DNA from: Felis catus
Taxonomy: Eukaryota
DNA: 64,000 nt
Direction of reading: 5' to 3'
Assembly: GCF_018350175.1 (NCBI RefSeq)
Contig: NC_058368.1
Span: forward strand, 50,841,815-50,905,814
The position numbers and the translations under genes were made by a program. Shown here one piece after another: positions 27,230 to 40,432 of this stretch; positions within the stretch are counted from its first letter, which is position 1, and each line of letters starts with the position of its first letter. Below the pieces are notes generated by a model. That model saw only the letters and a list, made by a program, of their open reading frames with translations, had not been told where the DNA came from and made no database searches.

Positions 27230-27430
27230 CCTTCAGAGCCAGACAGACCTGGAGCACAATCTGGGCTCAAATCTCAAATACTTAACCCTTGTGTGCCTTT
27301 GGGCAAGTCACTTAATTTCTCTGAGAGTTGATTCTCTTATATGTAAAAAGGCTATAGTAATACCTTCCTCACAGAGAATTTTAGGATTCAGATAATCTTG
27401 GAAAATAACAAGGAAAGTGCTCAAGTGACA
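27230..27430 (+). mobile_element. MIR remnant
   Basis: 'tcagagccagacagacctgg...tttgggcaagtcacttaatttctctga...tgtaaaa...taatacct'. Confidence 0.7.
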
Positions 27431-27959
27431 GTTCTCATTCAAATGATGACAATGACAACGATGATGATGATGATGGTGATGGTGATGACAAGTCTTAAAT
27501 GGGTAAGGAAGATAATTACTAGAACTTTAAACAGCTATAGTTGACTATATGTATAACTTAAAGGATATCAGAAACACTCTAGCACTAACTTCCAATGGAA
27601 ATATACCCCATCTTGAAGTCTATTCTTTAGGAATTAATGCCTTTGAATCAGGACCTTGTGCCCTGTTAAAATGCAAAAGCAAGGAAGCAGGAACACACAT
27701 AGATATTTTCAGTGATTAACATCTTAGGACGAATTATTTCATTATGTCCTAAATGGAGGACCCACTTGACAAGGCTTTCACTTGTGGGGAAGAGGAGGAG
27801 TAGGTCCAGAGTATAGGGTATTGTCATCATGCATATATGGGCCTGCACTGTTAAGAGTATGAAGACCCAGTACATGTGGTCAAAAAAGAGAAAGGGAGAA
27901 GGAGAAATGACAGGAAGTGGAAAGGCGGGAAATTTTTAAATAATGGCTAACATATGACA

Positions 27960-28150
27960 AAGACTATTCTGAAGACCTTCTATTCTGAAGAGTCTCACAA
28001 TAATCTTTAAGGTATATACTATTCATAATCCCAGTTTACAGCCGAGAAATTTGAAGCAAATCAATGTTAAGTAACTTCCCCAAGATATACAGGTAATGTG
28101 AGTGGCAAAGCCAAGATCCATGCTCCAACAGCCTGTCTCCAGAGCCTTCT
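27960..28150 (-). mobile_element. MIR remnant
   Basis: 'cccagtttacagccgagaaatttgaagc...gttaagtaacttccccaagat...gtggcaaagccaagat'. Confidence 0.7.
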
Positions 28151-28223
28151 AATAACTGTCCCCAAAAGGCTCTTTCAGCTCTTTGGTCACATGACTGGTT
28201 TGAACTTTGTGACATTTAGCCAG

Positions 28224-28729
28224 TGTATTAGGGTTCTCCCGAGCAGAACCAAGAGGGCATATATACGTATTATACATAAGTATATAGAAGTATTATAAGG
28301 GATTGGCTCATATGATTACGGAGGCTGAGAAGTCCCATGATCTGTCATCTTCAAGCTGGAGGTCCAGGACAGCCAGTGCAAACCTGAAGGTCTAAGAACC
28401 TAGGGAGCCAATGGTGTAAATTCTCGGTCCAAATCCAAAGGCCCAAGAACCCAGAGCACCAATGTCTGAGAACAGGAGAAGATGATATCCCAGCCTAAGC
28501 AGAGAGAAAATCTATCCTTCCTGTCTGCCTTTTTGTTCTACTCAGGCACTCAATAGATGGGGCCCACCCCCATAGCCAAGGGCTATCTTATCTCCTTCAC
28601 TCAGTCCACCAACACAAACGCTAATCTATTACAGAAACACCCTCACAGACACATCTAGAAATAATGTTTTGCCACCTATCTGGGCATCCCTGAGCCTGGT
28701 TAAGTTGACACAGAAACTTAACCATTTCA
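28224..28729 (-). mobile_element. ERVL solo LTR (MLT2-type)
   Basis: 'tgtattagggttctcc...ggaggctgagaagtcccatgatctg...aacaccctcacagacaca...aagttgacaca...aaccatttca'; 5-bp TSD gccag / gccaa. Confidence 0.9.
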
Positions 28730-29938
28730 GCCAAGATTCTCAACATCCTTGGTATGTTGAAGTCCACCCTCAGAAGCAATGAGAAGGCCCATTTTGATAT
28801 CAGGAAATTTCTGAGCGTACAACACAAGGGTGGAAAATAGCAATAAGACCAAAGGATTCTTGTGTCCTAATACTTTGATGGACAATGTCTGAAGAGAGTA
28901 CAATATGTGCTGACCTACAGGTAAGGCATTTTGAAATCTCTTTATAAAGAAGGGATAATAGCTTACCTTTGAGCACAGCTGTTAAAGTGTAGTAAAAAGA
29001 GAAAGGGAGTGTTTTTTTAGACAAGGCAAGACATTGATACTTAACAAAACAGGGCTCCTATATCCATCTCTGTGGTAATAGATGGAGCAGGAACACTACA
29101 ACTTTTACTTTCTGGCAGTAAGTGCAGCTGTGATTGTATTTGACATTGGAAGCCCAAAGCTCTGCAGAAATTTCTGTAATGCAGGAGTTTGGGAACATGG
29201 GCAGGGGGTGGAGGGACAAGGAGCATGTGAAATTTCTTAGCTAAAAACAGGGACAGCTGAGGAACATCTTGTGGGGTGGGGTTTGACTCTTTTGCTCCCA
29301 ATCTATGATAGTTCTCAGGGGGTTGGCTTGAATTAAAACTAAAATGAATTCCTCACCCTGGAGACCAGCGTGTCCTTTATAGTTTCCGGCTTTAGCTTGG
29401 GACAACTTCTAAGTCTTATTACTAATGTTCCTCTTTGCCATCTCAGCTCAGCTGGCAGAAATAGGATGTTAGCTCCCCTACTGAGGAGGATTACGAATGA
29501 AAGTCAAGGATCAAAACGTGGGAGAGGCCTTTTTCCTCCCCATAGACTAATGTTATCTTTTAATTTTCATCAGTGTTATAACTGTGGAGGAGGGTATAAA
29601 ATCAAGAAAAAGAATGGAGGAAGCTGGCACTTCTAAAATGACTTCCAGACCTATTAAGAAATCAAAGCCAAAATATTCCCCCGGGTATGATAACAGTTTT
29701 AAAGGAAGACATTTCAAGAAATGTTTTTCTTCATATTCACAAAACCTAAGCTTCCCCTCCCCATAGAATTCTATGGTTTTGCAACTTGTAAAGACTTCAA
29801 AGAAAAAAAGTAAAAATATAAGCATATATTGTTTTTAGATTGCATTTTAGATTATATATAAGGTTCTATGTTTAGATTTTTTATAAATATATAGTATATA
29901 ACATTACATATACAATATATGTAATCTAAAACACAACC

Positions 29939-30147
29939 TTTTTTTAATGCTTATTTACTTATTTATTTTGAGAGAGAGAGAGAGAGAGCAGGGGTACAGG
30001 GGCAGAGGGAGAGAAGGAGAGAATTCCAAGCAGGCTCCACACTTACCATGGAGCCCAACACGGAGCTCGATCTCACGACTGTGAGATCATGACCCGAGCT
30101 GAAGTCGAGAGCCAGATGCTTAACCGACTGAGCCACCCAGGCGCCCC
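29939..30147 (-). mobile_element. CAN-SINE
   Basis: Reverse copy; TSD taaaacacaa(c/t)ctt. Confidence 0.95.
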
Positions 30148-32539
30148 TAAAACACAATCTTTAATCATTCACTATCCCTCCAGTCTTATTCAGTAGGGAC
30201 AGAATAAAAGTTGAAGTTATCAAGCATATTAAAATAGATGAAGAACACTTCTTCAGGACTATTCTTTATGGAAATATTTTTTATTGTCACAAAAAATGTT
30301 TCTAACCACTAGAACACAAAAAAACGTGCAGATATATAAAAGCTATAAAAGTTTCTGAGAACTTGTAGTTAAGAGGAAATCTACCTCTAGAAAAACACAC
30401 ACCTCTTTTTAAGTATATAGCTCTGTGTGAATCACTTTGAAATAGGAAGAACACAATGATACAGTAAAAATCAAACCTGATTTTAATCAACTTTTTCATG
30501 CATAATAAGGTTATTAGGATATGCAGTTTTGAGCTCTTGGTAGATTTATATGTGCTTGCCTGAAGTTTTTACACTAGAAAACCCAGTCATCAAATATCTC
30601 AACTTTGTTGGGAGAGTTTGCTAGTCAAAGCTCACTGCAGCTCTCACAGGAATGGGGAAATGCTCTCTCTACCAGCATCCCCTAGCAGGAATGGAGGATT
30701 TCCATCCTCACCAAGGATCCATTTGTGCCCTCTGCAGCAGGCAGTGGGAGGTACCTAAGTCTATTCCATATTCTAAGGCCTATGTGAGACTAGAAATCAT
30801 GCAAGCCAAGTGGTCAGGAAAACTCCTCGTATTGTACGTTTCGTCTTATTGTCCCCAGATAGACACATACTGGTCAGACCATGTGTACTGATTTTTCATG
30901 CAAGAAATATGGTCACCATATGTTCAGATTTCTATGTTTTACCAAGTCTATTTCCTCCTCCCCCCCCCACTTTCTTTAGCAGTTTATGGTTTCTTTTCAC
31001 TGACAAATTGCCAATTCTTAATTTATAAAACAGACTAAGTGTAAAGTAACCATAGTGAGGAAACCAAAACAAAGAAAAAATAAAGCAAAATGAAATAAGA
31101 GATCAAAATATTTCCCATCACAGAGGTATGATCTGTTCAACCTTGGAGCCTCAAGGGGAGCAAAAACTACTCAGAGGTGGCCCAACTATGATGCTCTATG
31201 TTTTATATCTGTTTGGCTGGGGTGGAGGAAGGGGGTGGGGAGACTTGTTCAATTTGCAAACAAGCCAGCTTCCTCAAACAAGTGCAAAGGAACTGAGAGG
31301 TTATTGAGCATTTTGAGAGAACACATTTTCTTAGTCTGACTTTGTTGACATAAAAACAAAATATTTTGGATTAGGACACCTCAAGAAACTCCCCAATCTG
31401 CTGTAGTAGTTAAAAGTGTCTTAGTAGGATCTCATGAAAGTAGTAAGCAAGTACCTTTCATCTGAGGTTCTCTCCTCTCCTTCAACTCCTCAGATACTTG
31501 GAGCTCTCTCCCAGACTGTCTTGTTAAGTCTGACATCAGTTAGAATCCCCCATCCCAAGGCCAAGTCACTGCCCTGATTGAGGATTACAGATTCTCTGTT
31601 CAAGATTAAATACCTGCCTATTCTCACATGCTAAAACTTCAGTTATTCGTCTAAATCCCACCCCTCTCCAAATTGAAGACAGACTTGATCAGAGAATAAA
31701 AGGAGTGAAAATGCTTCCCGTATCATAAGGAATGTTCTCCTTTCCTCTAGCTTACCAGTGGTATTAACCTACCCAAGAATGTTTGCTTGAAAGGAGATGG
31801 CCAGAATGAGGATATGGAATAGAATTTGCACAAGTGACCTTTGCTGTGTATGCCTAACATGGTGTAGGAGAGACAGATGTTGTCACTTCCTGCTGTGGAA
31901 GCTTGTAATTTATCAGCTCTCAGGTTGCAGGGATGAGGAGAGACTACCCTCTCTGCTTCCAAGCTACTTTTTATCCTCACACTGTCTCCAGGCTCACAAG
32001 TTACTTTGATGTCTTGATTATCTTCCCCAGCAGCTTTGTGCTTGGGATAGTGTCCCAAACAAGGGCCATAAGCACTGGAAAGGAATGCTCCCCTCTCCCA
32101 GGTTTAATTTCTACTGCCAGTCCCCATGGCTGGCTGATGGTGTTTTGATTGGTGTTAGTTCATCTCTGAGAGTCTCTTCATCTCTGGAAGCACTAGTAAT
32201 GACAAAGTCCCTGAGCTGCAGAAATAACAATCGGTTCTCACTTCAATATCTTCACCAAGGCTGGGATACGTGAAGAAAAGAAACCCATTGGTGAAGAGTC
32301 AGTGGTCAATAACACATTTTGGCCTCACAGAACACTTTTGTTCCAAGGTCAATGAACTGTGTTCAATCCACCTTAGATAATCTCTTCTCTCCTTGCTTTA
32401 CCCTTCCTTCCTTTGATCCTCAAGGCTATTCACCATTCCCCTAAACTGCTAAGAACATTCATGTCTCTATCTTTTCCTCAAACTGTTCTGTCTAGAATTC
32501 CTTATGACAAACTATGTCTGAAAAGAAAGCCAAAGAGAG

Positions 32540-33080
32540 CTTTTGAAGATAACTCCAATGGTGCCCAGTCCAGATAGACAGAAGGAAAGTGGTAGCATTA
32601 AGTGAATTAAGATGCAGACACAGTGAGGGACAGATCTGGGAGGTAAGGGGATAGAGGAGATAATAAACTTGAGGACCTGTTTAAGGTATCTGAGGACCCA
32701 TCTTTAAGGTATCTATGAAACATTTCAGAAGAGAGATCTATGTAGCAAGTAATTCAGGCGGAGGTTGGGGATGGTGATAGATACATGAGAATCGTTAAAG
32801 CAATGATAGATTAAGAGATTTTTAAAGGAATGATAGTAGAGAGAGAAAATAAATAAGATGAATGGAGACAGCACCTTGGTAAATGCATGAAAATAAGCAC
32901 AAAAAATGTAAACAGTGTAATAAAATTCCCCCAAAATGAAGCAGACAGGTAGAAGAACCAGAAGACTCCTTGGTCACAGAAGCCAAGGAAGGAGCAACAG
33001 TGTCAAGTAATAACAAGATGCTAAACAACAAAAGAACTGAAAAAAAAATCATTAGATATGGTAATTAAAAGATCAAGCAA
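32540..33080 (-). mobile_element. L2 remnant
   Basis: 'ggtagaagaaccagaagact...gtcacagaagccaaggaagg...caacagtgtcaa' typical of reverse L2. Confidence 0.6.
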
Positions 33081-33094
33081 ACCTTGAGTGGGAG

Positions 33095-33340
33095 GCACCC
33101 AGTTAACTTTGGCATCGGACTGCCTAGGTTTGCACCCTAGCTGAAACTCTGTGACCTTGGGCAGATTATTTATTCCCGCCTCTGCGTCCACATTTATAAA
33201 ATGGGGATAATGATAGCGCCTACTTTGGAGAGTTGGCATGAAGATCATGAAGACATGATCATGAGTTAACATGTTTCAAGTGCTGAAACCACTGCCTGAC
33301 ACAAGCTCTACATGGATGTTTGCTACTTATTCATTATTAT
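33095..33340 (+). mobile_element. MIR
   Basis: 'ctgcctaggtttgcaccctagct...ctgtgaccttgggcagattattt...tataaaatggggataatgatag'. Confidence 0.8.
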
Positions 33341-33887
33341 AAGATTTCAAGGAGTCAGAAAGCAACACATAGATGGTCTAGCATATTAATCTTTGAAGAA
33401 GCGTGGCAATAAATTGAAAGGCAGAAATAGGGCACTATCTTCAGTAGGAAAAAGAGTACAGGCACTTTACCTTTTGACTTTTCCCCACAACAATATCAAA
33501 AGTAAAAGAAAAGAATATCAAACTCATGGATAGTTACAACATAAATACTAGTAACAGAGAAACTGAAGTTCTTGTCAAATACTAGAAAATAGCACCAAAG
33601 TCCAATGGGCATTCCTAATCTGACTTTTTTAAAACGTGGTGGTCAACACCTATTGGTTTCATTTGCCAAAGGTATATTTTTATTTTCACCAACTCTGTGA
33701 TTATTTACCTTGGCAAATCAAGTATCTATCAAGTTTAATCCTTAGTCTCATTGTCTCTAGTATGGTTTCAAGAAGCACATGTTGCATTAAAATAGATTTA
33801 TAAATAAAGCAATTCACTCTTTCCAAAGAAACATTAAGGAATAACTAATCTAAACAGCACATGTTATTACTTTAAGTAAGAACAAAT

Positions 33888-34100
33888 GGAACACTTGGGT
33901 GACTTGGTTGGTTAAGCGATGGACTCTGGATATCAGCTCAGGTCATAATCCCTCAGTCATGGGATCAAGCCCCACGTTGGGCTCCACACTGAGCGTGGAG
34001 TCTGCTTAGGCTTCTTGCTCTCCCTCTCTCTCTCTGTCCTTCTCCTGCTCTCACTCTCAGTCTCTCTCAAAAACAAATAAATGAACTTAAAAAAAAAAAA
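33888..34100 (+). mobile_element. CAN-SINE, older diverged subfamily
   Basis: Head, body 'gggatcaagccccacgttgggctccacactgagcgtggag', CT block and A-tail. Confidence 0.9.
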
Positions 34101-35173
34101 AGAACAGATTTTATGCTTCCCCAAATAATTTTACCTTAACTCTGGGCATCAATCATCTCATAAGGAGTAAACAAAATAATTCTTCTCTTAAATTATGTAA
34201 ATCCTTAATTACATCTGTGAGTGAAAAGTAGGAAATAAAGTAAGGATTTGTTATGAGGAATATAAGGTACATTTTTCAAATTAAAAAATGACTATAGTTT
34301 TTTAGTTTTCCCAGGATTCGGTGTCCTTTTGCTAAAACAGTATTCCGTTGTATTCTTATTCCTTACCCTTACAAAGCTTCCATTCACATCAAAAGTATGT
34401 TCAAGACCCTGACCTTGATCATGAAAGTTCTCTTTGTCTTCATGATTACATCTGGTAGAACTTAGCTGGCCACCTGCTATCACTTATTTTATTTAGTATC
34501 ATACAATAGTTTGACCTGTTCCACAGAGCCTTTCAAGTAAAGTTTTGTTGGGATATTTTTGTTATGCTTCTTTGTCTTTTTTTTTTCTTTTTGAAGTAAG
34601 AGAAACTAAGATCACAGGAAAAGATTTTTAATTTTTAACCCAATTAATGAGTCACATTTGGAAAGCAAAACAACCAGGGTTTTCACAAGCAAGTTATCAA
34701 CTGACCATATAGAGACCAGCAGAGCCTGGCAGATGTGCATGATTTGTCAATGTACCTACGCCATGGGCCACCAATGACTCTAACAAAGAATCTTAGTCCT
34801 ACAGCAGGTTCCTTTTTGAAAGGACATTTTTCAGTTTCTGAGAATTTGCAAGGACACAAGCTTGACTTGGGAAGCAAAACTCATGAACAGGGATTGATTA
34901 AATATAAGCAGAGTGTCAAGCATTGGGAAACTGTAAGGGCAGTCAGAGTTGGGGAAGAAAGGACATCAACAGTAAGGAACAGAAGTGAACATCCACCTAA
35001 CTGGAAAGGTAGTAAGGATGAGGAAGCTTTCCGGGTAGCAAAACTGCAGGCAGGAAAAATCCCAGCAGCCACTTCTGCCCAAGAAGAGCAAACACTGGCA
35101 CCTGGAAGGGTCCCCAGTAACAGCTCAAACGTACACCTTCCTTTAGATGTGCCACGTTCAGTCACACACTTCT

Positions 35174-35361
35174 TTTTTTAATTATTTTTTTAAGTGAGCA
35201 GGGGAGGGGCAGAGAGAGAGAGAAAGGAGAGAGAAAGAATCCCAAGCAGTCTCCACACTGTCAGCGCAGAGCCAGATGCAGACCCATGACACCACGAGAT
35301 CATGACCTGAGCTGAAACCGAGAGATGGAGACTTAACCAACTGAGCCCCGCCGGGCGCCCC
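35174..35361 (-). mobile_element. CAN-SINE, internally shortened
   Basis: Reverse copy ending 'actgagccccgccgggcgcccc'; TSD-like acacttct on both sides. Confidence 0.88.
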
Positions 35362-37019
35362 ACATACACTTCTCTTTTTATCCGGAACAACAGAGGTTAG
35401 TTATAACTTGACATTTTATATCTCTTATAACTCTCCTAAATTTGTAAATTATAACAGAAATGTCTCATATGGCAACCTAACCACTAGACTGAAAAACAGA
35501 AAAATGGAAACTTAAAAATGTGTGCCCCCCTCCTCCAGAAAGAAATTCCTGGGTTTTTTTTTTATGGTTTATTATGTATGGTTACAGATAATTTTCCAAA
35601 AATGTTTGTGCTTCAGGTTTTCTTTCCCCCAGAATTGTGCTGCTGCACATGACACTGAGCCCTGTGTGACCCCAGTCACGGTCTCCCCGGTGACCACGGT
35701 CTCCCCGGTGAAGAGTAAGCAAGACAGCTGCTGCCTGCATACGCTGGTCTGGGAAACAGACCTGATCGTGGCTGTGGGTACTGGCCACAGATCTGAAGGG
35801 ACATCCACCCTCCGGGAAACTGTTATGGCTTACTGCAGGGTGTTTAATTCTATTGATAAATTGACTTTAAAATGACATAGCTGATTAAGCCATTTCAAAA
35901 AAATAGCATGGGTTTAGACTGAGCATTGCACTAAAAAAAACCTGGTACTCTGCCTCACTGCCAAATTTGCCAATTGACTTGTTTTGTTGGGGGGGAGGGG
36001 TAGTCAGCCCAATGGCCACTCACCAGTTTTCTGGATCATTGATATGTCTGTACAGTTTCCCTCATGCTCCTCAAGCCTGTGACCGCTAACTCCACAACTA
36101 GACATGCAAGGACCTTGAAGGACACTTGATAAACCATATTCTATCCCCCATCAGGTACCAGGGTTGATCCAAGCTGCTACTTTTTGGTTGCTGCTTATTC
36201 CAATTTTCTACTCAGTCTTTCATTCTCTGACCCAACTGACGAGTCAGCAGAAATTGCACAACTAAATCCTGTAACACTTGAATGTATGTTGCCAAATTCA
36301 GCGAAGAATATTGAACAAGTGCTTAATGTGTTTCCTATAGTTAGCTGCCACACAATAGTAGTCATTTTTAAAAGGTAAGAGGGAGAAGGGGGCTGTTGAT
36401 TGAAATTCTGTTCCTTGATGCAGAACAGACAGTAATAACTTACCAGAAAAATATCCGATCCTTGCACAGGTAGCTCAGGTTCCTTTAAATAAATAGGCAT
36501 GTCAACCGTGTTACCTTTTTATCTCAACAGTGGTACCAGGAAATAACCTTTCGAATCAAGGAAGACCAGAAATTTGAAGTATGCCAATAAAATCTAGATT
36601 TCTGGCTAAACTTATTAATATGCCTCATTACCAGACTACAGCAAATGACAATATATTTTACATTACTGAAAATACTGAATGTTTCATTAAGAAAATATTG
36701 TATGTTTACATTATTCATCAGTAAATGTGGGGGTCAAAATGCCTCATAGTCAATATGTAATATATACATATATTACATATATATATTATATAATATATGT
36801 AATTATGGCATCATTGTATAAGAAAAATAACAGAAAACAAGGAATTATTTCATATAATTCTAATCTTGGCTCTTCCTCAATATGATGTTAGCTTAATACT
36901 TAGTCTTTTCAAGTCCACTTTCAAATTCTGAAAAAGAGATTAGAATAGATGCTTGCTTAGACTTCCCATAGATGTAAAATACCATTGAGTTTAGACTCAA
37001 AACGCATAAATATCTAAAA

Positions 37020-37211
37020 TATGTAAATAAAAAGCAAAGCACAAAAAATACGGTCAATAAGGGGTGCCTGGGTGGCTCAGTCGGTTGAGCGGCCGACTTT
37101 GGCTCAGGTCATGATCTCGCGGTCCATGAGTTCGAGCCCCGTGTCGGGCTCTGTGCTGACAGCTCAGAGCCTGGAGCCTGTTTCGGATTCTGTGTCTCCC
37201 TCTCGGTCTGC

Positions 37212-37259
<48 letters not shown>

Positions 37260-37459
37260 ACTAAATAAACATAAAAAAATTAAAAAATAAATACAGTCAA
37301 TAATATTGTAACAGTGATGTAATGAACAGGGGGTAGCTATACTGGTGGTGAACACAGCACAATCTAGACACTTGTCACATCACTAGTGCCGTACACCTGA
37401 AGTTAAGGTACTGTTGTGTGTCAACTATACCCAAATAAAAACAACAATTAAAAAAAAAA
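37020..37459 (+). mobile_element. Carnivore L1 3'-terminal fragment, interrupted by a SINE
   Basis: 'atacagtcaataatattgtaac...gtacacctgaagttaa...gtgtcaactatac' plus A-tail; flanks share 'taaatatcta'. Confidence 0.75.
37061..37288 (+). mobile_element. CAN-SINE with expanded (CT)n
   Basis: TSD aaatac(g/a)gtcaataa (37046-37060 / 37289-37303). Confidence 0.96.
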
Positions 37460-38055
37460 CCGTAAATATCTAGACAAGGTAACTTATGCTGAGTGTTGAA
37501 TCACTGTAGACATGAAGTGTAAAGTGGGATGGGAGTAGAAGTCGATCACGGCAGCCTGGCCAGGGAAGATGCCCAGAAGGAACTAGGCACAAAGCAGACT
37601 AGGTCTGAAGGGTTGAAGCCGGACAGGCTGACTGGAGACCTGAACCCGCCCACTGAGCTGGAGTGGCACAGAGCTACATTCAGGTGCTGGAACCGGGCTC
37701 GTTGCACGGAGGCGACCAAAGACACCACCTGAGGGAGAGAAGAATACAGAAGCTGAGACCAAGCAGTTATTAAGGCTGTTTCCTTCCCATCGTGTTGACT
37801 GCTTAAGTCACTCGTGCATAATTTTTAACTGAAAATAAATAAAAAGTCAAATTCTATCTCACAACAGAGCATATATCCTTCCCTTTCTATTGAAATAGTT
37901 ACACTGGGTTCTTCTTCTTATGTAAAAGACAAAAATACTTCATTCAGGGAAGATAGTGATTTTGAAATTAGATAAAGGATCTAAGGAAATCAGCATGAAT
38001 GTATTCCTTTCCTAAACCCAAATAATCCCCCAAGAAATTGAGAATATGAATATCT

Positions 38056-38088
38056 ATTGCTTCTCAGCCTTTTGGCTGAGATCAAGTG
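38056..38088 (+). pseudogene. Tailless, 3'-truncated U2 snRNA retropseudogene (U2 nt 1-33)
   Basis: attgcttctcagccttttggctgagatcaagtg matches U2 ATCGCTTCTCGGCCTTTTGGCTAAGATCAAGTG at 30/33; perfect 15-bp TSD gagaatatgaatatc (38040-38054 / 38089-38103). Confidence 0.95.
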
Positions 38089-39331
38089 GAGAATATGAAT
38101 ATCAGGTTCAATTCACTGATAGGAGATTTCATCCAAGATTTCTGGGTCTCTAGACACATAAGGTCAGTCCATGTGTCCAAGCTCCTCCTCAAAAGTCGGG
38201 ATTGAAGATTTCCATGCTACTTGCTCAACCCTAGCTAGCTTTAATATGACATTTGTAGGAGCTTTAGCCCCGCCCTTACTCTCACTGCCCTGTGGATGTT
38301 GTCCACTTTGTCCCAAGTGAACCCTGAAAGATCTGCTTGCCCCCAAGCTTCATGTTTATGTCTGAGCCCTATCGTGTGTGCACCATTCACATGTTACGGC
38401 TTCTTTTCTTATTCCTAGTTGCTTCTTGAGCTCCGCTAGTGACTCTGAACTGCAGTCTGCTTGTCTTGGGCTATACTTACCTATTTTGTGTCAATCCCCT
38501 ATTTCAGAAGAAATAATATAAAAGACCAGAATATTTCAATTAAAACGGTCTCCATTGCTTCCAGTGAGAGCCTCTGTCAATGTTTATTCTGGCACTTCCA
38601 GGAAGCAACCCTTAGCAGGGCTCACCCATGGTTTCAGATGCCCATTAATAGCACAGAAAGTTCTTGAATTGTCCCTTAGCTCCAAGCAGATTCCACGATC
38701 TATTTGCACTGTTAGTTGTAGTCTGTCCCCAAAATTTGATGGTATCAACAGGTCATTTAAGGTAGGGGAAACTAAATGTCATTTAAGAATGGTTCTGGAT
38801 CCTACTACGCTCTTATAGGAACCCTAGAGAGGAATTTATAGCACTCTGTACCTTACTGGGTTTTTTTCTTTTTTACTATTGTATAAAAATTACCATAAAC
38901 TTAGTGACTGAAAATAACATCCATTTATCTCACAGTTCTGTAGGTCAGAAGCTCTGTAGCTTAGCTCTTTCATGGAACTGAAGTCAAGATATTGACTGAG
39001 CTGACTCTTATCAGAACACTCACAGGAAGAACTCACTTTCAAAACCATTCTGGTTGTCAGCAGAACTCTCCATTCCCTGCAGCTCTCAGTCTGAGGTCCC
39101 TCTCCTTGCTGGCTACTAACCAGAGTCCACCCTCAGATTCTAGAAGGAACCCACCTCCCTTGATCCGTGGCCCTCTCCATCTTCAAGCCAGCAATGGTAC
39201 ATCAAATCCCACTCATGCTTCCAATCTGACTGCTTCTTGCCACCAAACAAAGAAAGTTCTCTAATTTTAAAGGTTCACGTGATTATATTTAAGCCCACCT
39301 AATCTTCCTTTGCTAAGGTCAATTATGTTTA

Positions 39332-40432
39332 CGTTATGGGTTCAGGTGTGTCCCTCCCAAAAAAGATATGATCAAGTCCTATCCCACAGTATGCCATAGT
39401 GTGACCTAATTTGGAAATCGTGTCTTTAAATAGAGGTAATCAAGTTAAAACCAGATAGGGTATACCCTAATCCAATATAACTGATGTTCTTATAAAAAGG
39501 GAAAATTCAGACATACAGACTGGCACAGAAAGAAGAGGATGTGAAGACACTTCGGGAGAATGTCATGTAAAGACAGAAGCAGAGATGGGACTGAGGCAGC
39601 TGCAAACCAAGAACACCAAGGATTGCCCTCCACCACCAGCAGCCAGGAAGGGACAAAGAAGGATTCTACCCAGAGTCTCAGAGGGAACACGGCCCTGCCC
39701 ACACCTTGATTCAGACATCTATGATGAGGGAGCATAAGGCAAGCTGAGGGCAAAGCACAGCTACTATATCCTGCCCGGACACATGGGATATGTGATATTC
39801 CTCAGGCACACCTGGCTGCCCAAGAACAAAGGAAAGGACAGAAAACAAATGGTTGAACTGATAAATACCACAAGATTTGAGTCTCCATCAGTTTACACAT
39901 CTGTTAGTAAATTACAAGAAAAAAAGCAATCTTATCAATAGCCTAATCTCCAGAAACCTATAGCCCCCAACATCACCCTCCCCTCCATAGTGATGTGGGA
40001 AACAAAGACCAGAAGGAAATATAGATCCAGAAACTCCCTACCCTCCTAATGGTAATGTCTTACTAGAGGGGAAAACAACCTTAGCTTGACAATAGCTAGG
40101 GCTCCAATAATCTGTGAGTCTTCTTTAGCATATGGAAATCCCTTTAAGAAACTTCCTCATGACTTTACCTCCACCAGCTCCATAGTATATAACCAGTCAC
40201 TCTTCACAACCCCAGTGCAGCTCTTTCTGCCCATGAATCCTGTTCCCGTGCTTTAATAAAATTACCTTTTTGCACCAAAGATGTCTTCAAGAATTCCTTC
40301 TTGGCCGTCAACTCCGAACCCCCACCACCACTCCAAAACTCTAACAATCTAGATTCCAGAACTGTGACTTTCTGTTATATTAAGCCAGTCATTTGTGGCG
40401 ATTTGTTACAGCAGTCTCAACAAACTGATACA
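39332..40432 (+). mobile_element. MaLR LTR (MLT1C-like), middle element; parts 39332-39721 and 40347-40432
   Basis: 'gttatgggt...tgtgacctaatttggaaat...ccctaatccaat...acaccttgattcagac' continuing as 'ccagaactgtga...taagcca...aaactgataca'. Confidence 0.88.
39722..40346 (+). mobile_element. ERV solo LTR (probably ERV1 class, carnivore), inner element
   Basis: TG...CA ends, perfect 5-bp TSD atcta (39717-39721 / 40347-40351), TATA box tatataa 40186-40192, AATAAA 40255-40260. Confidence 0.88.

Noticed and set aside
30810..30920. Possible hAT-type DNA transposon end ('aaatatggtcaccata')
   Set aside because: Only one terminus-like motif; no matching TIR or TSD that I can support.
34735..35181. 148-aa plus-strand ORF
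   Set aside because: No protein motif recognised, and it ends in a SINE T-tail; this length is plausible by chance.
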